Assembly (NCBI GenBank): GCA_030390025.1
Contig: CM059452.1
Location: 7,378,001-7,442,000, forward strand
Length of the DNA stretch: 64,000 bases
Origin: Squalus acanthias
Taxonomy: Eukaryota
Direction of reading: 5' to 3'
The notes under the pieces were generated by a model. The model did no database searches and was not told the DNA's origin. It saw only the letters and a program-made list of their open reading frames with translations. Positions 25,461-37,200 of this stretch are shown one piece after another. Numbering within the stretch: the stretch's first letter is position 1; each line of letters starts with the position of its first letter. Position numbers and translations under genes: made by a program.

Positions 25461-26428
25461 ATGGAGTTTGGGGTTTTGATTGTTTGGGGCCTAACAACGT
25501 TGTTATTCGGTTGGTTTATTTATTTATACATCTGTGTCTGTCTGTCCATTCCACTATTGACACAACTGCATTCTATTCATCTATCTCTAGGTCTGCCCCG
25601 TTCTCTCTCTCTGTTAATCCCTCTGTCTCTCTGTCAATCTCTCTGTCTCGCTCTCTCAGGCCCTCTCTCTGTCTCTCTCTCTTTTTGTCTCTCTCTCTAT
25701 CTCCCTCCCTCTCTTCTATTCATCGATCTCTAGGACTATCCACCTGTCTGTCTAATTGTCTGTCTGTCTGCCTGTCTGTCTCGCTCTCTGTCTGTCTGTG
25801 TCTCTCTGTCCGTCTGTCTGACTGTCTGTCTATCTGCCTGCTTTTCTGTCTCTATATCTGTCCCTCTGCTTATCTTTCTGTTTTTCTGTCTGCCTTTATG
25901 CCTCTCTGTCTGTCTGTTTGTTTATCAACTTGTCTATCTATCTTTATCTAGCCATTAAACCGATGCTATCTCTTTCTGTCTCTTTGTCTCCCTGTGTATA
26001 CAGAGAGAGATAGAGAGAGATATTCTTAAAGAATGAGAAATATGTGATCTGTTCTTCTCTCTGTTTCCACGGGTAACCAGGAATGTTTTTGGCAGGACTG
26101 TGTTATGGAGACTCCGTCGATCAGTGGCCAACAGAAGCCCAATATCTGTAAGGAACGTCGATGAGCATTAATTGTAACTATTCAACGTCAGAAGTGAGCT
26201 ATTCCCTGCAGCTTTATCGTCAGAGCCAGAACAAGGCTCCGACTTTCCTAATTCAGGCACATTCCTTTGGAAAGCACGAAATTAACGGTCGTTTCTCTGT
26301 CATTCTGGAATAGTAAAAACTATCGGTGTTTTCAACTTGACTGAGCTGCAGCTCGCTGACAGCGCCGTGTACTACTGTGCACTGAGGCCCACAGTGAGAA
26401 GGGCCTCTGGACACCTCGTACAGTGTTA
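25461..26428 (+). pseudogene. TCR V pseudogene (V11): Cys23 present, Trp41->Leu
   Basis: Leader MEFGVLIVWGLTTLLF (25461-25509). V exon from 26096: DSVDQ..YL*GTSMSINCNYS..SLQLYRQ..(frameshift)..DSAVYYCALR. CACAGTG at 26390 with a degenerate nonamer. Confidence 0.82.
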
Positions 26429-26471
26429 CCGTGATCTGTGAGATCAGCTCAAAGAGAGAAACTTTAAACAC

Positions 26472-26489
26472 GTCCACCAGGTGGCGCTG
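26472..26489 (+). promoter_or_regulatory. CTCF-binding motif 3' of the V11 RSS
   Basis: GTCCACCAGGTGGCGCTG. Confidence 0.75.
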
Positions 26490-27132
26490 ACAGAGCGCGG
26501 ATTCACACCGCAGGTCATGTTACATGAACCAATACTGACTGACGCTTTCTCAATATAACTTAACGTGAAATTGCTTTTCATCTCACATTTATGCTTATTA
26601 ATATTTTCCATTAATTTACAGTTTCATAATTTCAGAACTTAGTTAAGTGGAAACGAAATGCGCATCTCGAGAACATTCGGATCACTTGCCATTTTGTTCT
26701 ATTTCTCACCGCTAGAAAACCTGGTTTTAACTCACTTCACTGTTGAATATTGCGACAACTATTGAAGAATATAATAATTCTGCTATTCCTATCGCGAGCC
26801 TGTTTGCCCCGAATTTGTAACGAATGCGAAAGTGACAAAGCCCTTATCGAGAGGCAGAGTGATATCATATGCGAAGCGGACATTATTATTGAATTCAGTT
26901 CCTCACAGGTCGATCCCACGTGTGACAACACCGCCCGCGGCAGCCCCACCCACAGCTTCCGTTTGCTGCTCTCGCTCTGACCCGCCTTGCCTGCCCTGTG
27001 TTATTGGAGAGATTGCTGCCGCTGTTCCCTGTTTGGCATTGGTTGGATCAGCAGTGCAATGGAGATGGAATCTGTAATTCTGCGCTGACATAGTATTTCC
27101 CGGACTGCAGAGTTACAGACTCAGGGAGCATC

Positions 27133-27629
27133 ATGCGGAACCGTCTCCTACCGCTCCTCGTCATTATATCACTTCTCAGTAAGTATTTCCTTCCCAGTAA
27201 AAATCCATTCTGACTGCTGTAACCCAGATGTTATTGTTGGTGAAATGATGATGATGATGATGTATATTACTATGATTTTATGTTAGAATGGAGCCACCAA
27301 GACATAGTAGAACAGCCGATCCCTGAAATGACGGTTGAAGATGAAAGTAATGTCACCCTAACCTGCACCTTGAAAACATGCACTACTAACCTTTATGTAT
27401 TCTGGTACAGTCAGCACCCCGGGCAGACCCCAAAGTAAGTGATTCATATTAGTGCAGGGATAGTAAACTGGAACCCCGACTTCACTGACCCATTCTCTTC
27501 TACTTTTAATAAAACTACCAAGATTACCGAGCTAACGATCGGCAACGCCCTGATCTCCGACACCGCCGTGTATTTCTGTACCATGACCCCACACTGCTGC
27601 AGAGATATAGCGGATCCCGTACAAAAACC
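27133..27629 (+). pseudogene. TCR V pseudogene (V12) with one in-frame stop; RSS with 24-bp spacer
   Basis: Leader 27133-27178, V exon from 27287, TAA at 27436-27438, DTAVYFCTM. CACACTG-24-ACAAAAACC at 27590-27629. Confidence 0.85.
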
Positions 27630-27651
27630 CACACTGAGAGTTCCAGTTAGT

Positions 27652-27669
27652 GCTCACCAGAGGGCGCGC
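27652..27669 (+). promoter_or_regulatory. CTCF-binding motif 3' of the V12 RSS
   Basis: GCTCACCAGAGGGCGCGC. Confidence 0.7.
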
Positions 27670-28218
27670 TCACACCGATAAACAGCAGCGATCATCAGCC
27701 TCCACAGTGAGAGTCACAGGGACCTTCTGAAAAGGCCAATTAAACACAACTCACAAGAACCGGTGACGTCCACCGGCGGAATTATATTAGTTGTTGATTT
27801 TAACTCGCATTTATAATAAAAATTCATTGCGCAAAAGCATCTACGGCGCCTTTTGTCTTTCGATGCCCTTTCCGTGCCTGCCTGTCCCTTCTCATACCCT
27901 GTCTCCACTCTTTACCCACAATCGTATGAACTTTCTTCGTCCAGTGTTTAGTTTAACGATGTAAAACCTTTGCTTCTGCTCGACATATGAATTCAGAACC
28001 GCTCCAACCCAGCTTCCCAAAAGCAGGAACTGCAGACAGGGCAGTCAATAAACTCAGTGGCCTGGAGATTCGTCTCGGTCCATGGAACTGAATATCAGAC
28101 GCTGCGTATAACCGGCGGCCGATCCGATACCGTCCGTCTTGCGCCACCGTCCGAGACGAAGTTTTGGGCCAAAATCAATCACACCCTGTGTACCGACATC
28201 TGAACAGTTCACAGAATA

Positions 28219-28235
28219 TCCACCAGAGGGCGTCA
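28219..28235 (+). promoter_or_regulatory. CTCF-binding motif
   Basis: TCCACCAGAGGGCGTC. Confidence 0.65.
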
Positions 28236-29269
28236 GGTCACAATATTCATTTTGTGGGTCAGACCCCGGGCAGTGAGTTAAATGCTGTTTCTCCACCAGT
28301 TGTGTCATTTGAGGAATAAATTGAAGATTCATATTTGAAATCCACAATGCGCTGGGTGGGTACATCTGGCAATAATCATCACAAAAGGCATCCATCACAT
28401 CCTGAGATCTGATTTCTGAAGCCATTCACTGTACCGATTGTGGAGATCGATGTTAAATGGGCGAAAAACAAACCGAAGCCGCCTGTATTTTGTTGCGTTT
28501 TCTGCGCCACGTCCTTTTCTAATACGAGTGAAAGTTGTAAGGAGTTTCTCACGCCCTCCTCTGCTCCCGGGCAATTTAAGCAGATGAGCGGTAAATTGCA
28601 TTAAAACGCCAATGTGGCGCCCCTCCATTCTCTCCCATTGCAAATCCAAAATCTGAAGATTATGGATCAGTAAATAAATCATTTCAGGCGCAAAGAAATT
28701 ATCAGATAGAATTTAAACAGCATTTTAAATACAAACCACAGAAGGGGTCGGTGTTCGAAACGCTGTTTAAATTACAGGGAGAGTTTATTCTTTCAGTCTG
28801 TTCAATTGTTTGTTCAGTAACAGCAGACGTCATCGTTCTAATATCACGGCTCTATAAATCACTCCGACAACAGACGGGATCATTAGTTCATTAGTTCACT
28901 GACCCGTGAGGGAAAGCTCACTGGAGTCGGTAAAACTAACGAATTCTAGAGAAAGAATTGTCCGCGGAATAAAACAAACCTATTCGCAATTATGTGCTTT
29001 CCGTTCTGAATGAACAGCCAAGGGTTTAATTCCCACCCCGGTCTCTAAAAGCGGAACCATTCCCCTATAAGGACACTGACTGTAGCCCAGCTCGGGGTGT
29101 TTCCATTCACTGGCAGCCAGCTCACCACCTACCGGTCTCACAGCACCACTGGGGACACAAGGAAGTGAGGTGAGAGCATCCTGAGACATGACAGCAGATT
29201 ATTGAGGGCAGGGATTAGAACGGGTGTCTTCAAATATCCAACCCCCCTTTTACAGAGCGGACAGCGACA

Positions 29270-29733
29270 ATGCGGCTACTCAGCATCTGGGCTGTGTGGG
29301 GGGCATTTCTGACAGGTAATTGTGGACCAAACACATTTCATCTTTTCTCTCATTTCTAACATGGTTTGAATCTGAATTTTAAACACCCGCCGGTCTGATC
29401 TTTTCCTGTTTGAACATGTTTTTCAGATCTGAGTCTTGGAGATTCTGTCACTCAGCCGCTGTCCTCAGGAGTTAAGACAGAAGGAGAAGCGGTGACTTTA
29501 AGCTGTACCTATGATACTACACAGAGCGGCTATTATTTATACTGGTACCGGCAACACCCAGACACACAGCCCGAGTTTATACTGAGCAAATACTCGAGCG
29601 GTGCTGAAGATAAAGCAGATTTTGCTAAAACCCGTTTCTCTGCTGAGCTCCAGACCTCGACTAAATTCACCAGTTTAACCATCTCCGGGCTGCAGCTGAC
29701 TGACGCTGCCGTGTATTACTGCGCCCTGGAACT
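29270..29733 (+). CDS. TRAV/DV: TCR delta/alpha V segment (V13), open frame; leader 29270-29315, V exon 29427-29733
   Basis: MRLLSIWAVWGAFLT|DLSLGDSVTQ..LSCTYD..LYWYRQ..DAAVYYCALE. Confidence 0.92.
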
Positions 29734-29772
29734 CACAGTGATGGAAAGCAGTCTCAGCCCTGTACAAAAACT
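29734..29772 (+). promoter_or_regulatory. 23-RSS of V13
   Basis: CACAGTG-23 bp-ACAAAAACT. Confidence 0.92.
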
Positions 29773-30116
29773 GCCATTGGACTGTAGGGCGGAGCTCCTG
29801 TCTGTTGGGGTTGTGTGGAATCGCGGGCAGATGCAGCCACAATGAGCAGCGCGCTGTCAGGCGCTCAAACACACACCGAGAGGAAACCAAATTAACCTCG
29901 GATCAAACTGTCACCCAACTGTTTCCAGGAGCGGCCGAGAAAACAAACTGCAGAATCCAATCGGCCCGAAAGATCGATCACAGAATGAACCGATCGGTTA
30001 AACTGTCCTTTCTGCTTCTGATCAGCTGTTTTCCCTTAAAGTCATAGATCGATGTTCAGATCAGCTCCGAGAAAGAGGTTGCTGACAGCGCCAGGAACTT
30101 CCTGCTGGTCGCTCCG

Positions 30117-31300
30117 TTTTTTTATTCGTTTATGGGATGTGGGTGTTCCTGGCAAGGCCAGCATTTATTGGCCATCCCTAATTGCCCTTGAGAAGGTGGT
30201 GGTGAGCCGCCTTCTTGAACCGCTGCAGTCCGTGTGGTGAAGGTGCTCCCACAGTGCTGTTAGGGAGGGAGTTCGAGGATTTTGACCCAGTGATGATGAA
30301 GGATCGGCGATATATTTCCATGTCGGGTAGGTGTGTGACTTGGAGGGGAGCTTGAAGGTGGTGGTGTTTCCATGCGCCTGCTGCCCTTGTCTTTCTAGGT
30401 GGAAGAGGTCGCGGGTTTGGGAGCTGCTGTCGATGAAGCCTTGGCGAGTTGCTACAGTGCATCTTGTCGATGGTGCACACTGCAGCCACGGTACTCCGGT
30501 GGTGGAGGGAGTGAATGTTTAAGGTGGTGGATGGGGTGCCAATCAAGCGGGCTGCTTTGTCCTGGATGGTGTCAAACTTCTTGAGTGTTGTTGGAGCTGC
30601 ACTCATCCAGGCAAGTGGAGAGTATTCCATCACACTCCTTACTTGTGCCTTGTAGATGTTAGAAAGGCTTTGGGGATTCAGGAGGTGAGATATTTGCCGC
30701 AAAATACCTAGCCTCTGACCTGCTCTTGTTGCCACAGTATTTATGGGGCTGGTCCAGTTAAGTTTCTGGTCAATGGTGACCCCCCAGGATGTTGATTGTG
30801 TGGGATTTGGCAATGGTAATGCCGTTGAATGTCAAATTGCCGTAATTAGACTCTCGCTTGTTGGAGATAGTCATTGCCTGGCACTTGTGTGGCGCGAATG
30901 TTCCCTGCCACTTATCAGCCCAAGCCTGAACGTTGTCCAGGTCTTGTTACATGCGGGCATGGACTGCTTCATTATCTGAGGAGTTGTGAATGGCACTGAA
31001 CACTGTGCAGTCATCAGCGAACATCCCCATTTCTGACCTTATGTTGGAGGGAATCATTGATAAAGCAGTTGAAGATGGTTGGGCCTAGGTCACTGCCCTG
31101 AGGAACTCCTGCAGCGATTTCCTGGGGCTGTGTTGATTGACCTTCAACCAACACAACCATCTTCCTTTGTGCTGGGTATGATTCCCGCCAGTGGAGAGTT
31201 TCCCCCCAATTCCCATTGACTTCAGTTTTACTAGGGCTCCTTGATGCCACACTCGGTCAAATGCTGCCTTATTGTCAAGGGCAGTCACTCTCACCTCACC
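30117..31300 (-). mobile_element. CR1-clade LINE fragment (same family as 446-2026)
   Basis: AAFDRVWH, GVPQGS.LGP and EYSPLAW motifs; T-rich tail. Confidence 0.9.
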
Positions 31301-32357
31301 AACAGGACAGGATCTGGTTCCCATATTCTGCCTGTGTGTGTTATTTCTTTCAGTGTATTCCTTCGAACCCGGATATTTAATGAGCTCTGTCCGTGCTTCA
31401 GCTTTCCCTCTGGAGGCTGGAATAAATTGCCATTCAGTGGTTCAGTTGTATCACACCCTATCAATGATTAAAGCGGCCATGCAGGACAGAGTTTCCCACA
31501 ATGCACAGCGGACCAGAAAAGCTCCTTTGTCGACCACGGGCCGCGCTGCACAATGGGAGCACTGTTCGCACATGCGCCACTCGCCAACCGCGTTAAAAGT
31601 CGCTATCTGTATCTTTATCTCTGTCGCATATTTTCTCCTTTTTATTAAGAAAGGGAGACTTTTTCTTTCGTGGAAATTGAAGTCACACGTCACATCGCAC
31701 GTCACACAAACATGGCCGCCGCCGCTTTGCCCTGCAGTGGATGACGCCACAATCCATTCTAAATGTCACAGTACCGTAATTGGCTGCTTTTCACATTCAG
31801 TCACGGACAGAGTCAGGGGCAGTCTACAGCGTCCACTCTAAGCTAAAGTGTTCCAGTTTGAGCAGTCTGTGACCCCTGACTCAGGGCTCCGACCACGGGG
31901 GAATGTATCACCCCGGGGCGTCTTAAAGGGGCCCTGCACCGCCAGAGAGTCCTCGAGCCTGGGGTCAGGACAGGGACGGGGAGACATAGTGATGGTTGCT
32001 AAAAGTAATTGTAGCTTAGAGGGGAGGGAGAGAGACTGCGGCAGAGACAATTTCAACACCAACTCCATCCATTCCCAAACTTCCTTCCGAGCCCTGCAGA
32101 AGGGCCGCTAATTCTTCCCTCCCTTACCCTGATGTGATATTCAAACACAAGAGACATCACGCCTGAACTCCGGGAGTTTCGAGGAAAAGCAGCGCCCCAG
32201 CAGAAGGAACATTCTGGAAGATACTCGGGCCTGGTCAGAAACCTCTGGAGATGTTCAGGTGGCCGGGAGGCTCCGAAAGAATCCGATAAGACGGTGAAGG
32301 AGGAGGAGCGAAACTTTAGTGAAACAGGGAGCGAAGGTCTGACGGTCACTGACGGAA

Positions 32358-32612
32358 CCCTGGAGTGATGTTCAGTGAGTTCGGGTAGATGGTATCAGAG
32401 GGCATTGAGCAGAGCAGCGAGAAATGATCCCTGGGGTGAAGTTCGGTGAGTTCAGGTAGATGGTATCAGAGGGAATGGAGCAGAGCAGGAAGATAGGATC
32501 CCTGGGGTGATGTTCATTGAGTTCGGGTAGATGGTATCAGAGGGCATTGAGCAGAGCAGCAAGAAATGATCCCTGGGGTGATGTTCGGTGAGTTCAGGTA
32601 GATTGAGCAGAG
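32358..32612. repeat. Imperfect tandem repeat, about 70-bp unit, 3-4 copies
   Basis: Recurrent CCCTGGGGTGATGTTC.GTGAGTTC.GGTAGATGGTATCAGAGGG..GAGCAGAGCAG. Confidence 0.8.
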
Positions 32613-33670
32613 CAGGTAGACAGATCAACAGGGATACAGGAGACAGAGGGTCAGGGTTAATGTGTGTGGCTAAGATTGGAGAAGGGTTGGAACTGGTTAC
32701 CACAGAGCTCGGCCTACTTTATTCCTCGGTCCGTGTGAAACATTTGGACTCGGGTCTCCTTCAAAGGGGCGAATCCAAATTAAAAATACATTCTATGGTG
32801 CCCACCCCGAGAGGTGAGCTCCACTCGCACACTTGGCTGAACAAAACTAAAATGATGTTCCATAATAATAGAATTTTGCCCGTCTTTCATAAAACCTGTA
32901 TTCAGCGGTGACCACCGGCCGCAGAAATCTGCAAATGTACCTGTGGACACCGCGTGATCCCTCACCTGCTCTCTATCAAATACAGTCTCTCCTTCTTTCC
33001 TCTCTGCCTTGGGCGTCTGAGTGTGTGTAAACAAAACAGATGGCGATAGAGTCTGTGTGTCAGTTCGGCCCAGTCTCTGGGAATCATTCCCAGTGTTTGT
33101 GCTTCCTGGTGTGCCTGTGTCAGATATCTACCCCATGCTGTACCTGCCCTGGGCGTGTTTGATGGGAAAGAAAGAAAAATAAAGACTTGCATTTATATAG
33201 CGCCTTTCACGACCACCGGACGTCCCAAAGCGTTTCACAGCCAATTAAGTACTTTTTGAAGTGTAATCACTGTTGTAATGTAGGGACAGTGTAGAGGGAG
33301 ATTTACTCTGCCATGTACTGTACTGTAGGGCTGTGATGGAGCAGAGCCCTGCTCTTTAATAGAACCTGTCATGTGACTGTGACAGACCATAATATTAGAG
33401 GGGAGTGCGAGGTCGCTGTGCAGTCTTTCCGCCTCTGGGCCTTGACATGAAAAGTCAGGGGTAAAGGTGTCGTTACTCTGATGGGACACTGGGTGGCGCA
33501 GTGACTCCTTAACGGGAGAGACATGGGTTCAAATACAACCCAGACAGGACGGGTGAAAAATACCTGTCAGGGAAATAAAACAAAGTGTGATAGGCAAAAG
33601 GGAGCGGTGTGGAGGAGCCTTGGAGAAAGGAATTCAGCAAAGTCCAAGTTAGTTAATTTGTCATTCCAGA

Positions 33671-33676
33671 TTTATT
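33671..33676 (-). terminator. Poly(A) signal for the membrane IgM transcript
   Basis: AATAAA about 450 nt after the TM2 stop. Confidence 0.6.
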
Positions 33677-34123
33677 AATAATTTCACACAGTACAATTTA
33701 CAGAGAAGTTTTTAAAAAGTTAACATCAAAGTGAAAATAACAACTGAGCGTCACATTGAGACCAGAACACAGGCGGTCTGAGCTGCCAGTTATCTGTACA
33801 ACTGTAACAGACACCAGAGAGAAAAAACAGGGGCTCAACATAAAGGGAAGGGAACAATCGTGGATTAGGAACGAGAAAAGTTATTATTTACACATGAAAC
33901 ATTCAAACAACTGTAAGATGCATTTACAACATAGTCACGATTATCTCACACATTTCAAACACAGAGACGGAAATCCCGGTTATGATTTTCTCAGCTACAG
34001 ATTCGGATCTATTAACTGAAGGCATTTGACTCTGAGAATCACCAAGAGGATATATTTTATTTTCATGACACAGAGATGTTAATAAGCAGATGAGGAAAAT
34101 CCACGGCGTTCAAATTCAACCGT

Positions 34124-34132
34124 TCACTTCAC
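34124..34132 (-). CDS. IGHM: IgM TM2 exon (VK-stop)
   Basis: ttcttttatctctcAG|GTG AAG TGA, which gives the canonical KVK tail when spliced to TM1. Confidence 0.85.
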   Translation of the reverse strand: MK

Positions 34133-34257
34133 CTGAGAGATAAAAGAATGAAGCAGAGATTTACTGGTTTGTGGCATTTATCTCAGGGATTTTATCAGTG
34201 AGACTTTGTCAACCCGCTTCAGTCAGATCGAAGTGTGAATGGATTGAGTCTTTTCAA

Positions 34258-37200
34258 CTTCTTCTCATCTCAGGCAGTCCCTGGGAACCGAGGATGACTT
34301 GTTTCCACACTAACAATGAGTTCTCAGGTGACTGATGAGTCCAATGCGGGATCTACTGTCTCTGTCACAGGTGGAGCAGACGGTGGTTGAAGGGGCAGGT
34401 GGGGTGCTTGGGTTGACGTGCGCTCCTTCTGCTCTTTGCGCTTAGCTTCCGCTTGCTCCCGGCGAAGAGACTCGAGATGTTCGGCGCCTTCACGGATGCT
34501 TCTTCTCCACTTTGTGTGATCTTGGACCAGGGATTCCCAGGTATCGGTGGGGCTGTTGCACTTTTTCAAGGAGGCTTTGAGGGTGTCCTGGAAGCGTTTC
34601 CTCTGCCCACCTGGGGCTCTCTTGCCGTGTCGGAGCTCCGAGTAGAGCGCTTGTTTTAGGAGTCTCGTATCGGGCATGCGGACGATGTGGCCCGTCCATC
34701 GGAGCCGATCTAGCGTGTTAAAAGCTTCGATATATATAGAACATAAGAACATAAGAAATAGGAGCAGGAGTAGGCCAATCGGCCCCTCGAGCCTGCTCCG
34801 CCATTCAATAAGATCATGGCTGATCTGATCCTAACCGCCAATCTACTATCTACTATCACAGAACCATCTCCTGCATCTAACAGAATTGCACACACGAAAT
34901 AGGAGCAGAATCAGGCTACACGGTCCCTGGGCCCGCTCCACTACCCACAGGGCCATGACCGATCCGAACCTAGACTCATGTCCAAATTCCTGCCCGCTCC
35001 CCGTAACCCTTAATGCCCTTTACTTCTAGGAAACTGTCTATTTCTGTTTTAAATTTATTTAATGATGTAGCTTCTACAGCTTTTTGTGGTAGCATATTCC
35101 ATGGACCTACCACCCTCTGAGTGAAGTAGTTCCTCCTCATCTCAGTTTTGAAAGAGCAGCCCCTTATTCTAAGACTATGTCCCCTAGTTCTAGTCTCACC
35201 CGTCATCGGGAACATCCTCCCCGCATCCACCCGATCCAACCCCTTCACAATCTTATATGTTTCAATAAGATCTCCTCTCATTCTTCTGAACTCCAATGAG
35301 TAGAGTCCCAATCTACACAACCTCTCCTCATATGACCACCCCCTCATCCCCGGGATTAACCGAGTGAACCTTTTTTGCACTGCCTCGAGAGCAAGGATGT
35401 CTTTCCTTAAGTAAGGACACCAAAACTGTATGCAGTATTCCAGGTGCGGTCTCACCAATACCTTGTACAACTGAAGCAATACCTCCCTATTTTTATATTC
35501 TATCCCCCTAGCAATGAAAGCCAACATTCCATTTGCCTTCTTAATCACTTGCTGCACCTGCATACTAACCTTTTGAGTTTCGTGCACCAGGACCCCCAGA
35601 TCCCTTTGCACTTCAGTACTCTCCAGTTTCTTGCCATTAAGATAATAAATTGCTCTAGGATTTTTCCTGCCAAAGTGCATCACCTCACACTTTCCAGTGT
35701 TGTATTCCATCTGCCAAATCTCTGCCCACTTACTTAGCCTGTCTATGTCCCCTTGCAGGTTTTTTATGTCCTCCTCACTCACTACTTTCCCTCCCATCTT
35801 AGTATCATCTGCAAATTTTGATATGTTACACTTGGTCCCTTCCTCCAAATCGTTAATATAGATTGTAAAGAGTTGGGGACCCAGCACTGACCCCTGTGGA
35901 ACACCACTAGTTACTGATTGCCAGTCTGAGAATGAACCATTTATCCCAACTCTTTGCTTTCTGTTAGATAGCCAATCCTCTATCCATGCCAGAATATTAC
36001 CCCCAATCCCGTGATTTTTTACCTTAAGCAATGCTGGGGATGTTGGCCTGAGCGAGAACACTGATGTTGGTGTGCCTATCCAGCCAATGGATTTGCAGGA
36101 TCTTGCAGAGGCAGCGTTGGTGGTACCTCTCCAGTGCTTTGAGGTGCCTGCTGTACATGGTCCATGTCTCTGAGGCATACAGCAGGGCGGGTATCACTAC
36201 TGCTCTGTAGACCATGAGCTTGGTGCTGGGTTTGTGGTCCTGGTCTTCAAACACTCTCTTCCTCAGGCGACCGAAGGCTGCACTGGCACACTGAAGGCGG
36301 TGTTGGACTTCGTCATCGACGTCTGCCCTTGTTGACAGTAGGCTCCCGAGGTATGGAAAGTGGTCCACGTTGTCCAAGGCCTCGTCATGGATTTTGATAA
36401 TCGGGGGGCAGTATTGTGTGGCGGGGGCAGGTTGGTTGAGGTCCTTTGTCTTACGGATGTTTAGTGTAAGGCCCATGCTCTCGTACGCTTCAGTGAAGGT
36501 GTTGACGATGGTTTGGAGTTCGGCCTCAGAGTGAGTGCAGACGCAAGCATCGTCTGCATACTGTAATTCGATGACAGAGGATGGGACGACCTTGGATCTG
36601 GACTGGAGGCGTCGGAGGTTGAACAGTTTTCCGTTTATTCTGTAGATTAGCTCCACTCTAGCGGGGAGCTTACTGAGGGTGAGATGGAGCATTGCAGCAA
36701 GGAAGATCGAGAAGCACATTGGTACAATGACGCAGCCTTGCTTGACCCCGGTCCGTACATGAATTGGGCCTGTGGTAGATCCGTTGGTCAGGATCACGGC
36801 TTGCATGTCATCGTAAAAGCAGGCGGAGGATGGTGACAAACTTTTGAAGGCAGCCGAATTTGAGGAGGACACTCCATAATCCCTCACGGTTGATGGTGTC
36901 GAAGGCCTTTGTAAAGTCAAAGAAGGCCATGTACAGCGGTTGGTGCTGTTCCCTGCATTTCTCTTGTAGTTGACGCGCGGTGAAGATCATGTTCATTGTG
37001 CCCCTTAGTGGGCGGAATCCTCATTGCGACTCTGGGAGGAGCTCTTCAGCCACTGGGAGAAGGCGATTGAGGAGGATTCTTGCGATGACTTTCGCTGTGG
37101 CAGACAGCAGGGCGACTCCTCTGTAATGACCGCAATCGGACTTGCCACCTTTCTTGAAGATGGTTACCATTATGGCGTCTCTGAGATCCCCTGGCATGCT

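Noticed and set aside
22690-25990. ORFs over CT, CA and CTGT microsatellites (also 40200-40730)
   Set aside because: Low-complexity simple repeats.
27703-27745. Extra CACAGTG downstream of V12 (also near V2 at 12570) as a possible D-segment RSS
   Set aside because: No nonamer at either spacing.
10771-29772. IgH V, TAILV or NAR-TCR identity for the V segments
   Set aside because: Framework motifs (DSV.Q, WYRQ/WYIQ, YYCAL/CAV) are TCR alpha/delta-like. No WVRQ..GKGLEW motif and no adjoining D/J mini-cluster were seen. Alpha versus delta cannot be resolved here.
34976-36178. 400-aa ORF as a novel fusion protein
   Set aside because: Chance read-through from an off-frame RTE segment into the nested CR1. 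The same applies to 52863-54032 with antisense Penelope sequence.
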